The notes under the pieces: model-generated
Told to the model about the DNA's origin: nothing
The model's input: only the letters and a program-made list of their open reading frames with translations
Database searches by the model: none
Position numbers and translations under genes: made by a program
Shown here: one piece after another, positions 9,259 to 17,500 of the stretch
Numbering within the stretch: the stretch's first letter is position 1
Layout of the letters: every line of letters begins with the position of its first letter
Assembly (NCBI GenBank): GCA_002503105.1
Contig: DAQY01000028.1
Location: 4,524-68,523, forward strand
DNA from: Methanomicrobiaceae archaeon UBA206
GTDB taxonomy: Archaea > Halobacteriota > Methanomicrobia > Methanomicrobiales > Methanoculleaceae
Reading direction: 5' to 3'
Length of the DNA: 64,000 nt

Positions 9259-9570
9259 ATGCCCGAATTTGCGTCACCCTTTGCGGGAAACAGCCTGGAC
9301 CGGAAGCTCTCGCACGGCGAGATCCTCCGCGCCGTCCGGTTCTCCGTCGCCGCCGAGTACGAGGCGATCCAGCTCTACATGCAGATCGCGGACGCGACCG
9401 ACAGCGACCTGGTACGGAGGGTCATGACCGACGTGGCGAACGAGGAGAAGGAGCACGCCGGCGAGTTCCTCCGGCTGCTGCGCGAGGTCGCACCCGAAGA
9501 GGAGGAGTTCTACAGACACGGCTACGAGGAGGTCGAGGAGATGATCGAGGAGATGAAGAAGGGGACGTAG
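9259..9570 (+). CDS. EncFtn-like ferritin-family protein (about 100 aa, ExxH di-iron motif)
   Basis: AAEYEAIQLYMQIADATDS...NEEKEHAGEFLRLLRE parallels the encapsulated-ferritin ferroxidase residues (Glu ... EExxH). Confidence 0.65.
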   Translation: MPEFASPFAGNSLDRKLSHGEILRAVRFSVAAEYEAIQLYMQIADATDSDLVRRVMTDVANEEKEHAGEFLRLLREVAPEEEEFYRHGYEEVEEMIEEMKKGT

Positions 9571-9889
9571 GAGCCGGGGGTACCGCCCGGAGACCCGACC
9601 CCGGTGCCGGCGAAGACCGAAGGTCTTTCTCAAGCTCCGGACCCACGGACTTTCGCACCTATGATGATCCAGCTCCGTTCTGCAGGAACGTCGCACCCTG
9701 AGGCAAGGCTCGAAATCCTCCGGGCTTCTCCAGTTCCGGACCTGCGGGCTATCGTAACCCGGGGTGCCGCAGCGGCGGGGCGGAGCCCCCAAGAGCGTCC
9801 ACGCCGGCCAAAACCCCTGGGTTTCCTGAGCCCCCGTTTACCCGTCGACCGGCATACGCCCTAATAGTACGGGAGGCCATATCCCATCA
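9571..9889. mobile_element. fragmentary copy of the dispersed IS-like repeat family
   Basis: Module 1 motif at 9613-9640 (reverse orientation). The 9.75-9.88 kb part resembles the CCAAAAC-containing segment of the copies at 10.8 and 50.2 kb. Confidence 0.35.
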
Positions 9890-10315
9890 ATGGCTGTTCA
9901 CGCCGGGAGAATCGCGGTGAGGATGAGGCAGAAGTGCGAGATCCTGATCGACAGAACGGAGTTCATCGAGCGGCACGTCTCCGATGAGATCCTCACCGAC
10001 AGGATACTCCGGAAAGCACTGTACAAAGAATTTCAGGAGGCAGTTGAAGCGATGGCTGATATCTGCGCTCTGGCGCGGCGCAGCCTGAACTCGTCCGCAC
10101 AGGACGACTACAGCAACATCACCTACCTGATCGAGCGCGGAGTTATCCCGGCAGAACCGGGCGAATCCTTAAAAGAGGCCATCGGGCTCCGAAACAGGCT
10201 GGTTCACGGGTATGACGGCGTCGACGATCGGATTGCATACGCCTCCATGTCGAGGTTGACCGCACCCCTGCGGGACTTCTCCGGAGTGATGCTCGAATGG
10301 ATAGGGCGGCCGTGA
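9890..10315 (+). CDS. hepT: HepT-like toxin (DUF86, HEPN-domain RNase)
   Basis: RNRLVHGYDGVD contains the Rx4HxY HEPN motif. It overlaps the downstream nucleotidyltransferase gene by 19 nt. The start may be ATG 9920. Confidence 0.75.
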   Translation: MAVHAGRIAVRMRQKCEILIDRTEFIERHVSDEILTDRILRKALYKEFQEAVEAMADICALARRSLNSSAQDDYSNITYLIERGVIPAEPGESLKEAIGLRNRLVHGYDGVDDRIAYASMSRLTAPLRDFSGVMLEWIGRP

Positions 10316-10686
10316 CCGGGCTCCTGGACCATTTCTGGGATATCCTGCCGTCCGTCAGGGGAGTCCTCCTCTACGGGTCGCACCCGAAGGGATACGCGGA
10401 TGAACGATCCGACATCGATATCTGCCTCGTCCTGAAAGAGGGCGTGGATCGCACCCCGGTCTACGCGCGCATCCTCACCGTTCAAGAGCCCTTCGATGTC
10501 ATCATCTTCGACGAGATACCCTGGTACCTCCGGGGGGCAATCCTGGAGGACCATACGGTGCTCTACGCCGACGATCCGGCCGACCTGGATTACTGGCTCT
10601 ACAAGCAGCGTGTGATCTGGGCGGACATGAAACGGCGGCAGATGCCGGTTTCTCACGCGGACCTGATCAGGCGCGTCCGATCGTGA
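10297..10686 (+). CDS. mntA: MntA-like minimal nucleotidyltransferase (antitoxin partner of HepT)
   Basis: LYGSHPKGYADERSDIDICLVL is the GSx(n)SDxD polymerase-beta-type NTase motif. Confidence 0.75.
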   Translation: MDRAAVTGLLDHFWDILPSVRGVLLYGSHPKGYADERSDIDICLVLKEGVDRTPVYARILTVQEPFDVIIFDEIPWYLRGAILEDHTVLYADDPADLDYWLYKQRVIWADMKRRQMPVSHADLIRRVRS

Positions 10687-10689
10687 TCG

Positions 10690-11415
10690 CCCGAAGGTAG
10701 GCAGCCGTTCGGGGCACGAGCGTACCCGTACGGTCCGCCGGAACCGCTGTTCATCCCTGCGCATCGAGCAGAAGAGCGCTGACAGTTCAACGGTCGAACT
10801 CGTCCCAAAAACGCCCATGAGGCCGTGCCGGCCGCAGGCCTGACCGATGACGATCGATCATCCGGCTCGCTCAAAGAACCCTCCATACCGGCAATGACCT
10901 GCTGAACTTTTTCAGGATATTCCCATCCGGGGTTCACTGCGGCATCTTCGGGAAGTACTCCTGGCCGAAGGGCAGGGGCATGAGAAGACCGAAGGTCCTC
11001 GAGCTGTGGCTGGCCGTAGGACCGGAGCTTGAGAAACCCGAAGGTATTCCCAAGCTCGCACTCCCTTGATGCCTCTCCCCGGTAGGATTGGCCCCTCGGT
11101 CCCCTGGGTTCGATCGGCCACTCTCGCCGGAAAAGGCTCATGAGGAGCCAAAAAACTGCCGGTCACCCGCAGGAGGAGATCTTCCTGCAAAGCCGGCAAT
11201 CCGAGCTTTCATCTCCAGTTTCATATCGATCCTCATGTGAGATTGACCGACATTCGGGGACCAATCCGGATCCAGGCGGCAGAATCGACCACTGACCGGA
11301 AGCTTCAATCAGGGCATATCGGGGCTATCTTCACGCAGGGGAATGCGATGCGTGCCCGAAGGGTAAGCGGAGCTTGAGAAGACCTTCGGTCTTCGAAGTG
11401 CGGTGTTCCGCAGGG
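10690..11415. mobile_element. rearranged relics of the IS-like repeat family (several fragments in both orientations)
   Basis: Module 1 motifs at 10982-11005 (-), 11022-11057 (+) and 11369-11394 (+). Module 2-like segment at 10888-10928 (-). No credible ORF. Confidence 0.45.
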
Positions 11416-11819
11416 ATGAAACTCATCGCCCCGTCGTGGGGTTCTGCGAGGTCCTGATCTGGATCTCATCGCGATCGGGCAGATATTCCAGAACCCGACC
11501 AATCCGCTCAACTACCTCGCCTGTGCAGCAGGGTTCAGCGCCGGGAACTACGCGGGGATAATCGTCGAGGATCGGCTGGCGATGGAGGTTCGCGCTCGTC
11601 CGCATCATCACCCAGCGCAACGCCACCACCCTCACCGATCTCCTCCGGGGCGCAGGCTTCGGCGTCACGATCATCGACGCCCGGGGCAGGAAGGGTCCCG
11701 GCAGGCTCATCTTCACCGTCATCAAACGCAAGAACCTCGCCAGCGTCCTCGATGCCGTCCAGCAGTACAACCCGAAGCCCCTCTACGCCACCAAGGACGT
11801 CAGGCACGCATCTGAAGGC
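11416..11819 (+). pseudogene. UPF0316/DUF2179-family membrane protein gene, 5'-truncated and frameshifted
   Basis: [52 protein letters not shown] and [71 protein letters not shown] lie in three frames. They are collinear with my recollection of B. subtilis YebE. Confidence 0.55.
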
Positions 11820-12044
11820 ACCGTTCCGGTCGGGAACGGCGTAGACCATTCCCGGTGCGTGGCTTCCGACGAAGAGCGTGCCGTCGGGAGAGACCGTCAC
11901 CGAGCGCGCGCCGACGACGCTGTCGGCGTTAGACGGTGGTCGCAAACCCCCGGGGGAGGGTGATCCGGTCGGCATCGAGACGAGTACGGCGAGGACGATG
12001 AACGCCACGACGGCGACCTGGACGACGACCGTGCGGTGCTGCAT
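11820..12044 (-). pseudogene. N-terminal fragment (signal/TM plus first repeat) of a secreted beta-propeller-like protein
   Basis: MQHRTVVVQVAVVAFIVLAVLVS...VTVSPDGTLFVGSHAPGMVYAVPDRNG, after which the ORF runs antisense into the DUF2179 relic. Confidence 0.3.
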
Positions 12045-12481
12045 CAGAGACCCGCCCCTGTGGCAGGATGCCGGACCATCCTGTCGGGAGGATCGTATTT
12101 ATGCCTTGCTCCACACGAACCGCCGCACCGCCGGCGAGGCGGGAGCAATGACGGAACAGACGGGACTGCGCGATCCGAGATCCTCCCGGGAGCGTTCGAC
12201 ATCCCGTGCCCACTGCGGGTCGGCGCCCCGCAACACTCCGTATCGGCGGTCCGCCCGGGCCCGCCGGCATCCTGCAGAAGTGCACGCAGAACGGCGCAGG
12301 ATCCCCGGATCCCGGGATCTGCGGCGAAAGACCGTGCAGCCTGGACGCCGGTCCGCCGACGCGGGATCATCTTCGTCCATCCCGTCCGGCGGGGCCACCC
12401 GTCCCTCACCCCCGGCAGATACGGCGGCAATGCAGTCCGTGCGGGATTATTAGAAATTCTAATGTAGTATTCAGGTGAAAC

Positions 12482-13099
12482 GTGATCACAGGAATTGCGA
12501 TGACGAATCATCCGGTAAAGGAGATGATGCGGCTGATGGCGACGAAGATCCGGGCCATCGCCGACGTCATATCCGACGAGGAGATCGATGCGCTGCTGTT
12601 CGAGATACTGAACGCGGATCGGATCTATACCATGGGCGCGGGGCGCTCCGGGCTCGTTGCAAAGGCGTTTGCGATGCGGCTGATGCACCTCGGGATGCAG
12701 GCGTTCGTCGTGGGGGAGACGGTGACACCGGCGATGCGGCCGGGCGACGTCGTCGTCGTCTTCTCAGGTTCCGGAGAGACGAAGACGGTCGCGGACATCT
12801 CCGAGACGGCAAAGGAGATCGGCGGGAAGGTCTGCCTCATCACCGCGAACCGCGAGTCGAGGATCGGGCGTATCGCCGACTTCATCGTCATCATCGAGAG
12901 CCAGCGCGACAGGGTCAGCAACGAATCCGCCGAATTCGAGATCAGGCAGATGATGGGTGAACACAAATCCTTCGCGCCTCTGGGCACCATCTTCGAGACG
13001 ACCGCCATGGTATTTGCGGATGCCATCATCTCCCGACTCATGGAGCTCACCCAGTGCGACATCGAGGATCTCAGGTGCCGACATGCAAATATCGAATGA
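12482..13099 (+). CDS. hxlB: 6-phospho-3-hexuloisomerase (SIS domain)
   Basis: RIYTMGAGRSGLVAKAFAMRLMHLGMQAFVVGETVTPAMRPGDVVVVFSGSGET is the PHI/SIS signature. The start may be ATG 12500. Confidence 0.8.
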   Translation: MITGIAMTNHPVKEMMRLMATKIRAIADVISDEEIDALLFEILNADRIYTMGAGRSGLVAKAFAMRLMHLGMQAFVVGETVTPAMRPGDVVVVFSGSGETKTVADISETAKEIGGKVCLITANRESRIGRIADFIVIIESQRDRVSNESAEFEIRQMMGEHKSFAPLGTIFETTAMVFADAIISRLMELTQCDIEDLRCRHANIE

Positions 13100-13117
13100 T
13101 CCGGGAGGAGGAGACGG

Positions 13118-14224
13118 ATGAACCAGTGGCGATGTGCCCGACGCGTGCAGGGCATCGACGTATCCGGCATCAGAAAACTCTTCGACGCCGGAGGGCCGGA
13201 TGCCATCGATCTCGGCATCGGCCAGCCCGATTTTGAAACACCGGAACATATCAGGGAGGCGGCGATCGCGGCGATACGTGAGGGGAAGACGCGGTACACC
13301 CCCAACGCCGGCATCGCTGAACTGCGATCGGCGATCTGCGATAAACTGCTGCGGGAGAACGATCTCCGCTACCGGCCGGACGAGATCCTGGTAACTGCCG
13401 GGGGGAGTGAGGCGCTCCACATCGTCATGCAGGCGCTGGTCGAGGAGGGAGACCGCGTGCTCTTCGCCGACCCGGGATTCGTGTCGTACCGGGCCCTGGC
13501 GCTGATCGCCGGCGGCCGTCCGGTCGGCGTGCCGCTCGACGAGACGTTCCATATCGACGTCGAGCGGGCGAAGGAGCAGATGGACGGCGCACGCCTCTTC
13601 GTGCTGAACTCGCCGGCGAACCCCACCGGTGCCGTCGAGAGCGAGGAGTCGATCCGGGCGCTGGTGGAGTACGGGAACGATCGCGGCGTCACCGTCGTGA
13701 GCGACGAAGTGTACGAGCACTTTATCTACGAGAAGAAACATCACAGTCCGGCGCGGTACGGGGACGACGTCATCACCATCAACGCCGCCAGCAAGACGTA
13801 CGCCATGACCGGCTGGCGGCTCGGATTCATCGCCGCCCCGGAGGAGTACGTGCAGCAGTGCCTCAAGGTGCACCAGTACGGGCAGGCGTGCGCCACGTCC
13901 ATCTCGCAGTACGCCGCCCTCGCCGCATACACCGGCGACCAGACGTCCGTGAGGCAGATGCGGGAGGAGTACCGCGCCCGGAGGGACCTCCTCTACGAAG
14001 GCCTGACCGATCTCGGAATCGAGTTCCCCCGTCCTGAAGGCGCGTTCTACGCCTTCGTCCCGATGGGGAGGGAACGTATCCGGCAGGCCATCGAGAAGGG
14101 CGTCATCATCGTGCCGGGCGAAGCGTTCGGCTCACGCGCTCCCGACCATGCCCGCATCAGCTACGCGACCTCGCGGGAGAACCTTTCGCGAGCCATTGAG
14201 AGACTGGGAGAGATTGTGGGGTGA
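13118..14224 (+). CDS. pyridoxal-phosphate-dependent aminotransferase, class I (aspartate aminotransferase-like)
   Basis: IDLGIGQPDF, NSPANPTG, and SKTYAMTGWRLG containing the PLP lysine. Confidence 0.85.
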   Translation: MNQWRCARRVQGIDVSGIRKLFDAGGPDAIDLGIGQPDFETPEHIREAAIAAIREGKTRYTPNAGIAELRSAICDKLLRENDLRYRPDEILVTAGGSEALHIVMQALVEEGDRVLFADPGFVSYRALALIAGGRPVGVPLDETFHIDVERAKEQMDGARLFVLNSPANPTGAVESEESIRALVEYGNDRGVTVVSDEVYEHFIYEKKHHSPARYGDDVITINAASKTYAMTGWRLGFIAAPEEYVQQCLKVHQYGQACATSISQYAALAAYTGDQTSVRQMREEYRARRDLLYEGLTDLGIEFPRPEGAFYAFVPMGRERIRQAIEKGVIIVPGEAFGSRAPDHARISYATSRENLSRAIERLGEIVG

Positions 14225-14228
14225 CCTC

Positions 14229-15266
14229 ATGATCAATGATCTGCTCCGGAGGCTGTCAAACGCCCACGGTGTGACGAGCGGTGAGGGGAACATCCGCGAT
14301 GTCATCAGGCAGGAACTCGAGGGATACGTCGATGAGATCCGCGAGGATGTGATGGGCAACCTGATCGCCACCAGGCGCGGGGGCGACTTTTCGGTCATGA
14401 TCGCCGCCCACATGGACGAGATCGGGCTGATGGCACAGTATATCGACGAGAAAGGATTCATCAGGGTCGCTCCCCTCGGCGGGTGGTTCGGTCCCGTCCT
14501 CTACTCCCAGCGCGTAATCCTGCACGGGAAGAAAGGGATGATCCGGGGCGTGATCGGCGCAAAACCCCCGCACAGGATGAATGAGGAGGAGCGGAAGAAG
14601 GAGATCAAGGTCGAGGACCTGTACATCGACGTCGGCGCATCGAGCGCGGAGGAGGTGGGCGACCTCGGCATCGAGATCGGGACCCCCATCACCCTCGACC
14701 GCGAGTACGCAGAGCTCGCGAACAACCGGGTGACCGGCAAGGCGCTCGACAACCGCGTGGGCGTCGCCATGCTGATCCGTGCGCTCCAGCAGGTCGAGTC
14801 GCCCCACACGATCTACGGCGTCTTCACGGTCCAGGAGGAGCTGGGGCTGAAAGGCGCGAAGGTCAGTGCGTACTCGCTCAACCCCGACTGTGCGATAGCG
14901 ACGGACGTCACCATCCCCGGCGACCATCCCGGAATCGAGAAGAAGGATGCGAGCGTGGAGATGGGGAAGGGACCGGTCATCGTGTTGGTCAGCGCCAGCG
15001 GGCGCGGGCTCGTGGCAGACCCGAGGATGACCGCCTGGCTGCGGGAGACCGCGGAGAGGAACGGAATCCCCTACCAGCTGGAGGTCGGGACGGGCGGAAA
15101 CACCGACGCCACCATCATCCACCTCGAGCGGGGCGGCATCCCCAGCATCCCGCTCTCCGTCGCCACGCGCTACATCCACTCGCCAGCCGAGGTGGTCGAC
15201 GTCGGCGATATCGAGGCGGGCGTCCGGCTCCTCGTGGAGGCGCTGAAGGGCAGGCCGGCACTCTGA
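14229..15266 (+). CDS. M42 family metallopeptidase (TET/FrvX-type aminopeptidase)
   Basis: Internal ATG 14229 of ORF 14148. SGEGNIRDVI...MIAAHMDEIGLM...GKALDNRVGVA...FTVQEELGLKGA. Confidence 0.85.
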   Translation: MINDLLRRLSNAHGVTSGEGNIRDVIRQELEGYVDEIREDVMGNLIATRRGGDFSVMIAAHMDEIGLMAQYIDEKGFIRVAPLGGWFGPVLYSQRVILHGKKGMIRGVIGAKPPHRMNEEERKKEIKVEDLYIDVGASSAEEVGDLGIEIGTPITLDREYAELANNRVTGKALDNRVGVAMLIRALQQVESPHTIYGVFTVQEELGLKGAKVSAYSLNPDCAIATDVTIPGDHPGIEKKDASVEMGKGPVIVLVSASGRGLVADPRMTAWLRETAERNGIPYQLEVGTGGNTDATIIHLERGGIPSIPLSVATRYIHSPAEVVDVGDIEAGVRLLVEALKGRPAL

Positions 15267-15289
15267 TCTCTTTTTTCCCGTATCGATCC

Positions 15290-15617
15290 CTTGCCGGATG
15301 CGGCGGGCGAGCGTCCGGAGGGGATGGAGCGCGCGCACACACACGGGGTTCTGCAGACGGACCCGTCTTCTCGCGGCGCTCTTCCGTAACCTTTCCGGGT
15401 CTGCAACAGGAGGCACCGGCGGCCAGTACCCTGCCGGGAGCGGGTGTCGGGGATTGCGGCTCATCGCGAGGTGCAGCTGTGCAGGGCCCTTCAACGCATC
15501 TGGATTGCAGAGAGGCCGTCGCATATCGCCGTAGGGAGGGTGCGGGAAGGGGAGACCCCGCCCATCGGAGGATTTTCGGGACGACCTCTATGGAAAACCA
15601 AAAAGACGAATACGTAA
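15290..15617 (+). mobile_element. fragment of the IS-like repeat family in a convergent intergenic gap
   Basis: GTGCAGCTGTGCA..CCCTTCAACG is shared with 25.73-25.78 kb. Module 2 (GGAAGGGGAGACCCCGCCC..TTTTCGGGACGACCTC) at 15546-15599. Confidence 0.4.
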
Positions 15618-16910
15618 TCATTTCGGCCTGTAGCGGCCCCACTTCTCGAGAGCCTGCCGGAGCTCCGGAGCGCTCTCTGCCTTCTCTTCGAGCGTCTCTC
15701 CGTCTTTCCAGGCCTCGATCGCCTGCATGGTGGCCTGTGCGCCGGCCCTCGTGCCCTGCGGATGGCCGTGGATGCCTCCGCTCACGAGAAGGACGATCTC
15801 GGAGCCGTAGATATTCAGGACTTCCGGGACCAGTCCGGGATGGAGCCCTCCCGACGAAACAGGGAATGCGCTCTTAATCTCGCCCCAGTCCTGGTCGAGC
15901 GCCATCGTACCCGAGGCGTTCGTTCTTCTCTCCCGGAGTACGTCCGCAAGCAGGGCGGCCTCCTTCCTCGTGCCGGCCAGTTTCCCCACCGCGGTGCCCG
16001 TATGTATCTGGCTTACGCCGATAAGCCGCATGATCTTGGCGAGGAACTGCATGGTCATCCCGTGTTTCGGATTCCGGTCGAACGCCGCGTGCATCGCCCG
16101 GTGCGCGTGTATGGCAAGCCCCAGATCCGAACAGTAGTCGCGCAGGGTCATCACGGCAGCCGTTCCCGCCACCACGACATCGATCATGGCGTAGTTCCAG
16201 CCGTAATCTGCAAGCAGCTTCGCCCGCGCCTTCATGGTCTCGGTATCCGCGCTGATGTTGATGAGCGCAGATTTCCTCTCTCCGGTGAGCTGCTCGGCGC
16301 TGTCACGCATCTCTGCGAGCATACGCACCCGATCCTCGAAGCGGTTGAACGATACGGATGTCAGGTTCTCGTCGTCCTTTACCAGGTCGAACCCGCCCAT
16401 CCATGTCTCAAAACCGACCCTGGCATGCTCCGCCGCACTGAAACCGACCTTCGGTTTCGGCACCGCGCCCACGAGCGGCCTGCCGTGGACACGCATCATC
16501 TCCCGAACTTCCTCAATGCCGAAGTGCGGCCCCTTGAACCCGCGAAGGTACGCGGACGGGAGCGAGACGTCGATCAGTCGCAGATTCTTCAGTGCCTTCA
16601 TGCCGAAGATATTGCCGGCGATGCCGCTCAGGAGCTGCACCGCGTTGCCTTCCTCCCAGAGTCCGAGAGGATACGCGATCTTCACGAAGTTGCCCTCAAC
16701 CTCGAATGCCGTCGCCTGAAGATCCCGCATGCGGGGCGGCAGAGAATGCAGGGTGGTCCAGGTTCCCGTCGAGCTTTCGGAAGCGATCCGTCCGATCGCT
16801 TCATCCCTGCCAATGCCTTCGGCAGGCTCAAAGTAGTAGAGAGCCACGAGCTCGTCCCGAGCGGGCGTGTAACCGAGGTCTACAAACTCTTCATACCAGT
16901 CGATCGCCAT
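15618..16910 (-). CDS. rbcL: ribulose-1,5-bisphosphate carboxylase/oxygenase large subunit, form III
   Basis: Internal ATG at 16910 of ORF 15618..17069. GTWTT, KPKVGFS, LVKDDENL, HAHRAMHAAF and GGIHGHPQG motifs. No small subunit nearby. Confidence 0.9.
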   Translation of the reverse strand: MAIDWYEEFVDLGYTPARDELVALYYFEPAEGIGRDEAIGRIASESSTGTWTTLHSLPPRMRDLQATAFEVEGNFVKIAYPLGLWEEGNAVQLLSGIAGNIFGMKALKNLRLIDVSLPSAYLRGFKGPHFGIEEVREMMRVHGRPLVGAVPKPKVGFSAAEHARVGFETWMGGFDLVKDDENLTSVSFNRFEDRVRMLAEMRDSAEQLTGERKSALINISADTETMKARAKLLADYGWNYAMIDVVVAGTAAVMTLRDYCSDLGLAIHAHRAMHAAFDRNPKHGMTMQFLAKIMRLIGVSQIHTGTAVGKLAGTRKEAALLADVLRERRTNASGTMALDQDWGEIKSAFPVSSGGLHPGLVPEVLNIYGSEIVLLVSGGIHGHPQGTRAGAQATMQAIEAWKDGETLEEKAESAPELRQALEKWGRYRPK

Positions 16911-16915
16911 GACAG

Positions 16916-16935
16916 CACCTGTTGAAACAGGGGTG
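16916..16935. promoter_or_regulatory. imperfect inverted repeat (CACCTGTTGAAACAGGGGTG) between the rbcL TATA-like element (16941-16948) and its start codon
   Basis: Seen directly. The minus strand reads TTTTATAT, then about 6 nt, then the palindrome, then ATG. Confidence 0.3.
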
Positions 16936-17243
16936 TACAGATATAAAATCTTACACCTCCGCCGCTCTGCCGTCGCCTTTGACCCCTCCCGTCGGCAGAG
17001 CGCGTGGCAGAGAATCCGGGCGGATCCCTGTCGGCATCGCCCGCGGACCGGGTGTGAAGTTCTCATCACGACGTCATCGACGGTGCGCCGGTCTTCATCC
17101 GGCGACGCGGCCCGCTGGAGAACGTTTTTCCTCCGATGCAGCCCCCCCGTCTGAGGGGCCGCTCACACATTCACGGCGACACCGCTCGCGTTGCTTAAAT
17201 TGGTATTAAGTACCGAAGAAATGCAGCTTTGCAAAAAGAAGAA

Positions 17244-17318
17244 TGCTGCTATGGGGATTTGAACCCCAGTCGTAGGAGTGAGAGTCCTACATGATTGGCC
17301 GAACTACACTATAGCAGC
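17244..17318 (-). tRNA. tRNA-Glu (anticodon CUC)
   Basis: Reverse complement GCTGCTATAGTGTAGTTCGGCCAATCATGTAGGACTCTCACTCCTACGACTGGGGTTCAAATCCCCATAGCAGCA folds as a cloverleaf: 7-bp acceptor, TAGGA/TCCTA anticodon stem, loop CTCTCAC, GGGG-TTCAAAT-CCCC T-arm. Confidence 0.85.
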
Positions 17319-17500
17319 GCAGATATACCCTATGTAATCTGTCATATCTGTACTTAAACCTATTCTTGTGGGTCGGACCCGCGATCGTCCTGGATTGGGC
17401 GGGAAGCGGGAGCATCTCTGCAGCCGGATCGCCTCCGGCGGCGCTGAATTCCGCCACAGCGACCATTAAGTAGCTTCCCGTCGCACATATCTGAGCAACG

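Noticed and set aside
11369-11394. The TGA inside module 1 (GGA GCT TGA GAA GAC) as a conserved recoded codon (Sec or Trp) in a transposase RTGA-W-EDLP motif
   Set aside because: An alternative frame (S-L/M-R-R-P-..-F-D-V-P) fits the IS5 LRTG..W.DLP region without any stop, and all copies carry further stops and frameshifts. There is no support for recoding.
9000-12500. An encapsulin shell gene or cargo operon around the EncFtn-like gene
   Set aside because: No ORF of suitable size (about 260-300 aa, HK97-like) exists within 3 kb on either strand.
12044-12688. 214-aa minus-strand ORF spanning the PHI start region
   Set aside because: It overlaps the well-supported PHI gene in antisense, and the non-overlapping part has no recognisable motif. 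The translation is Arg/Pro-rich.
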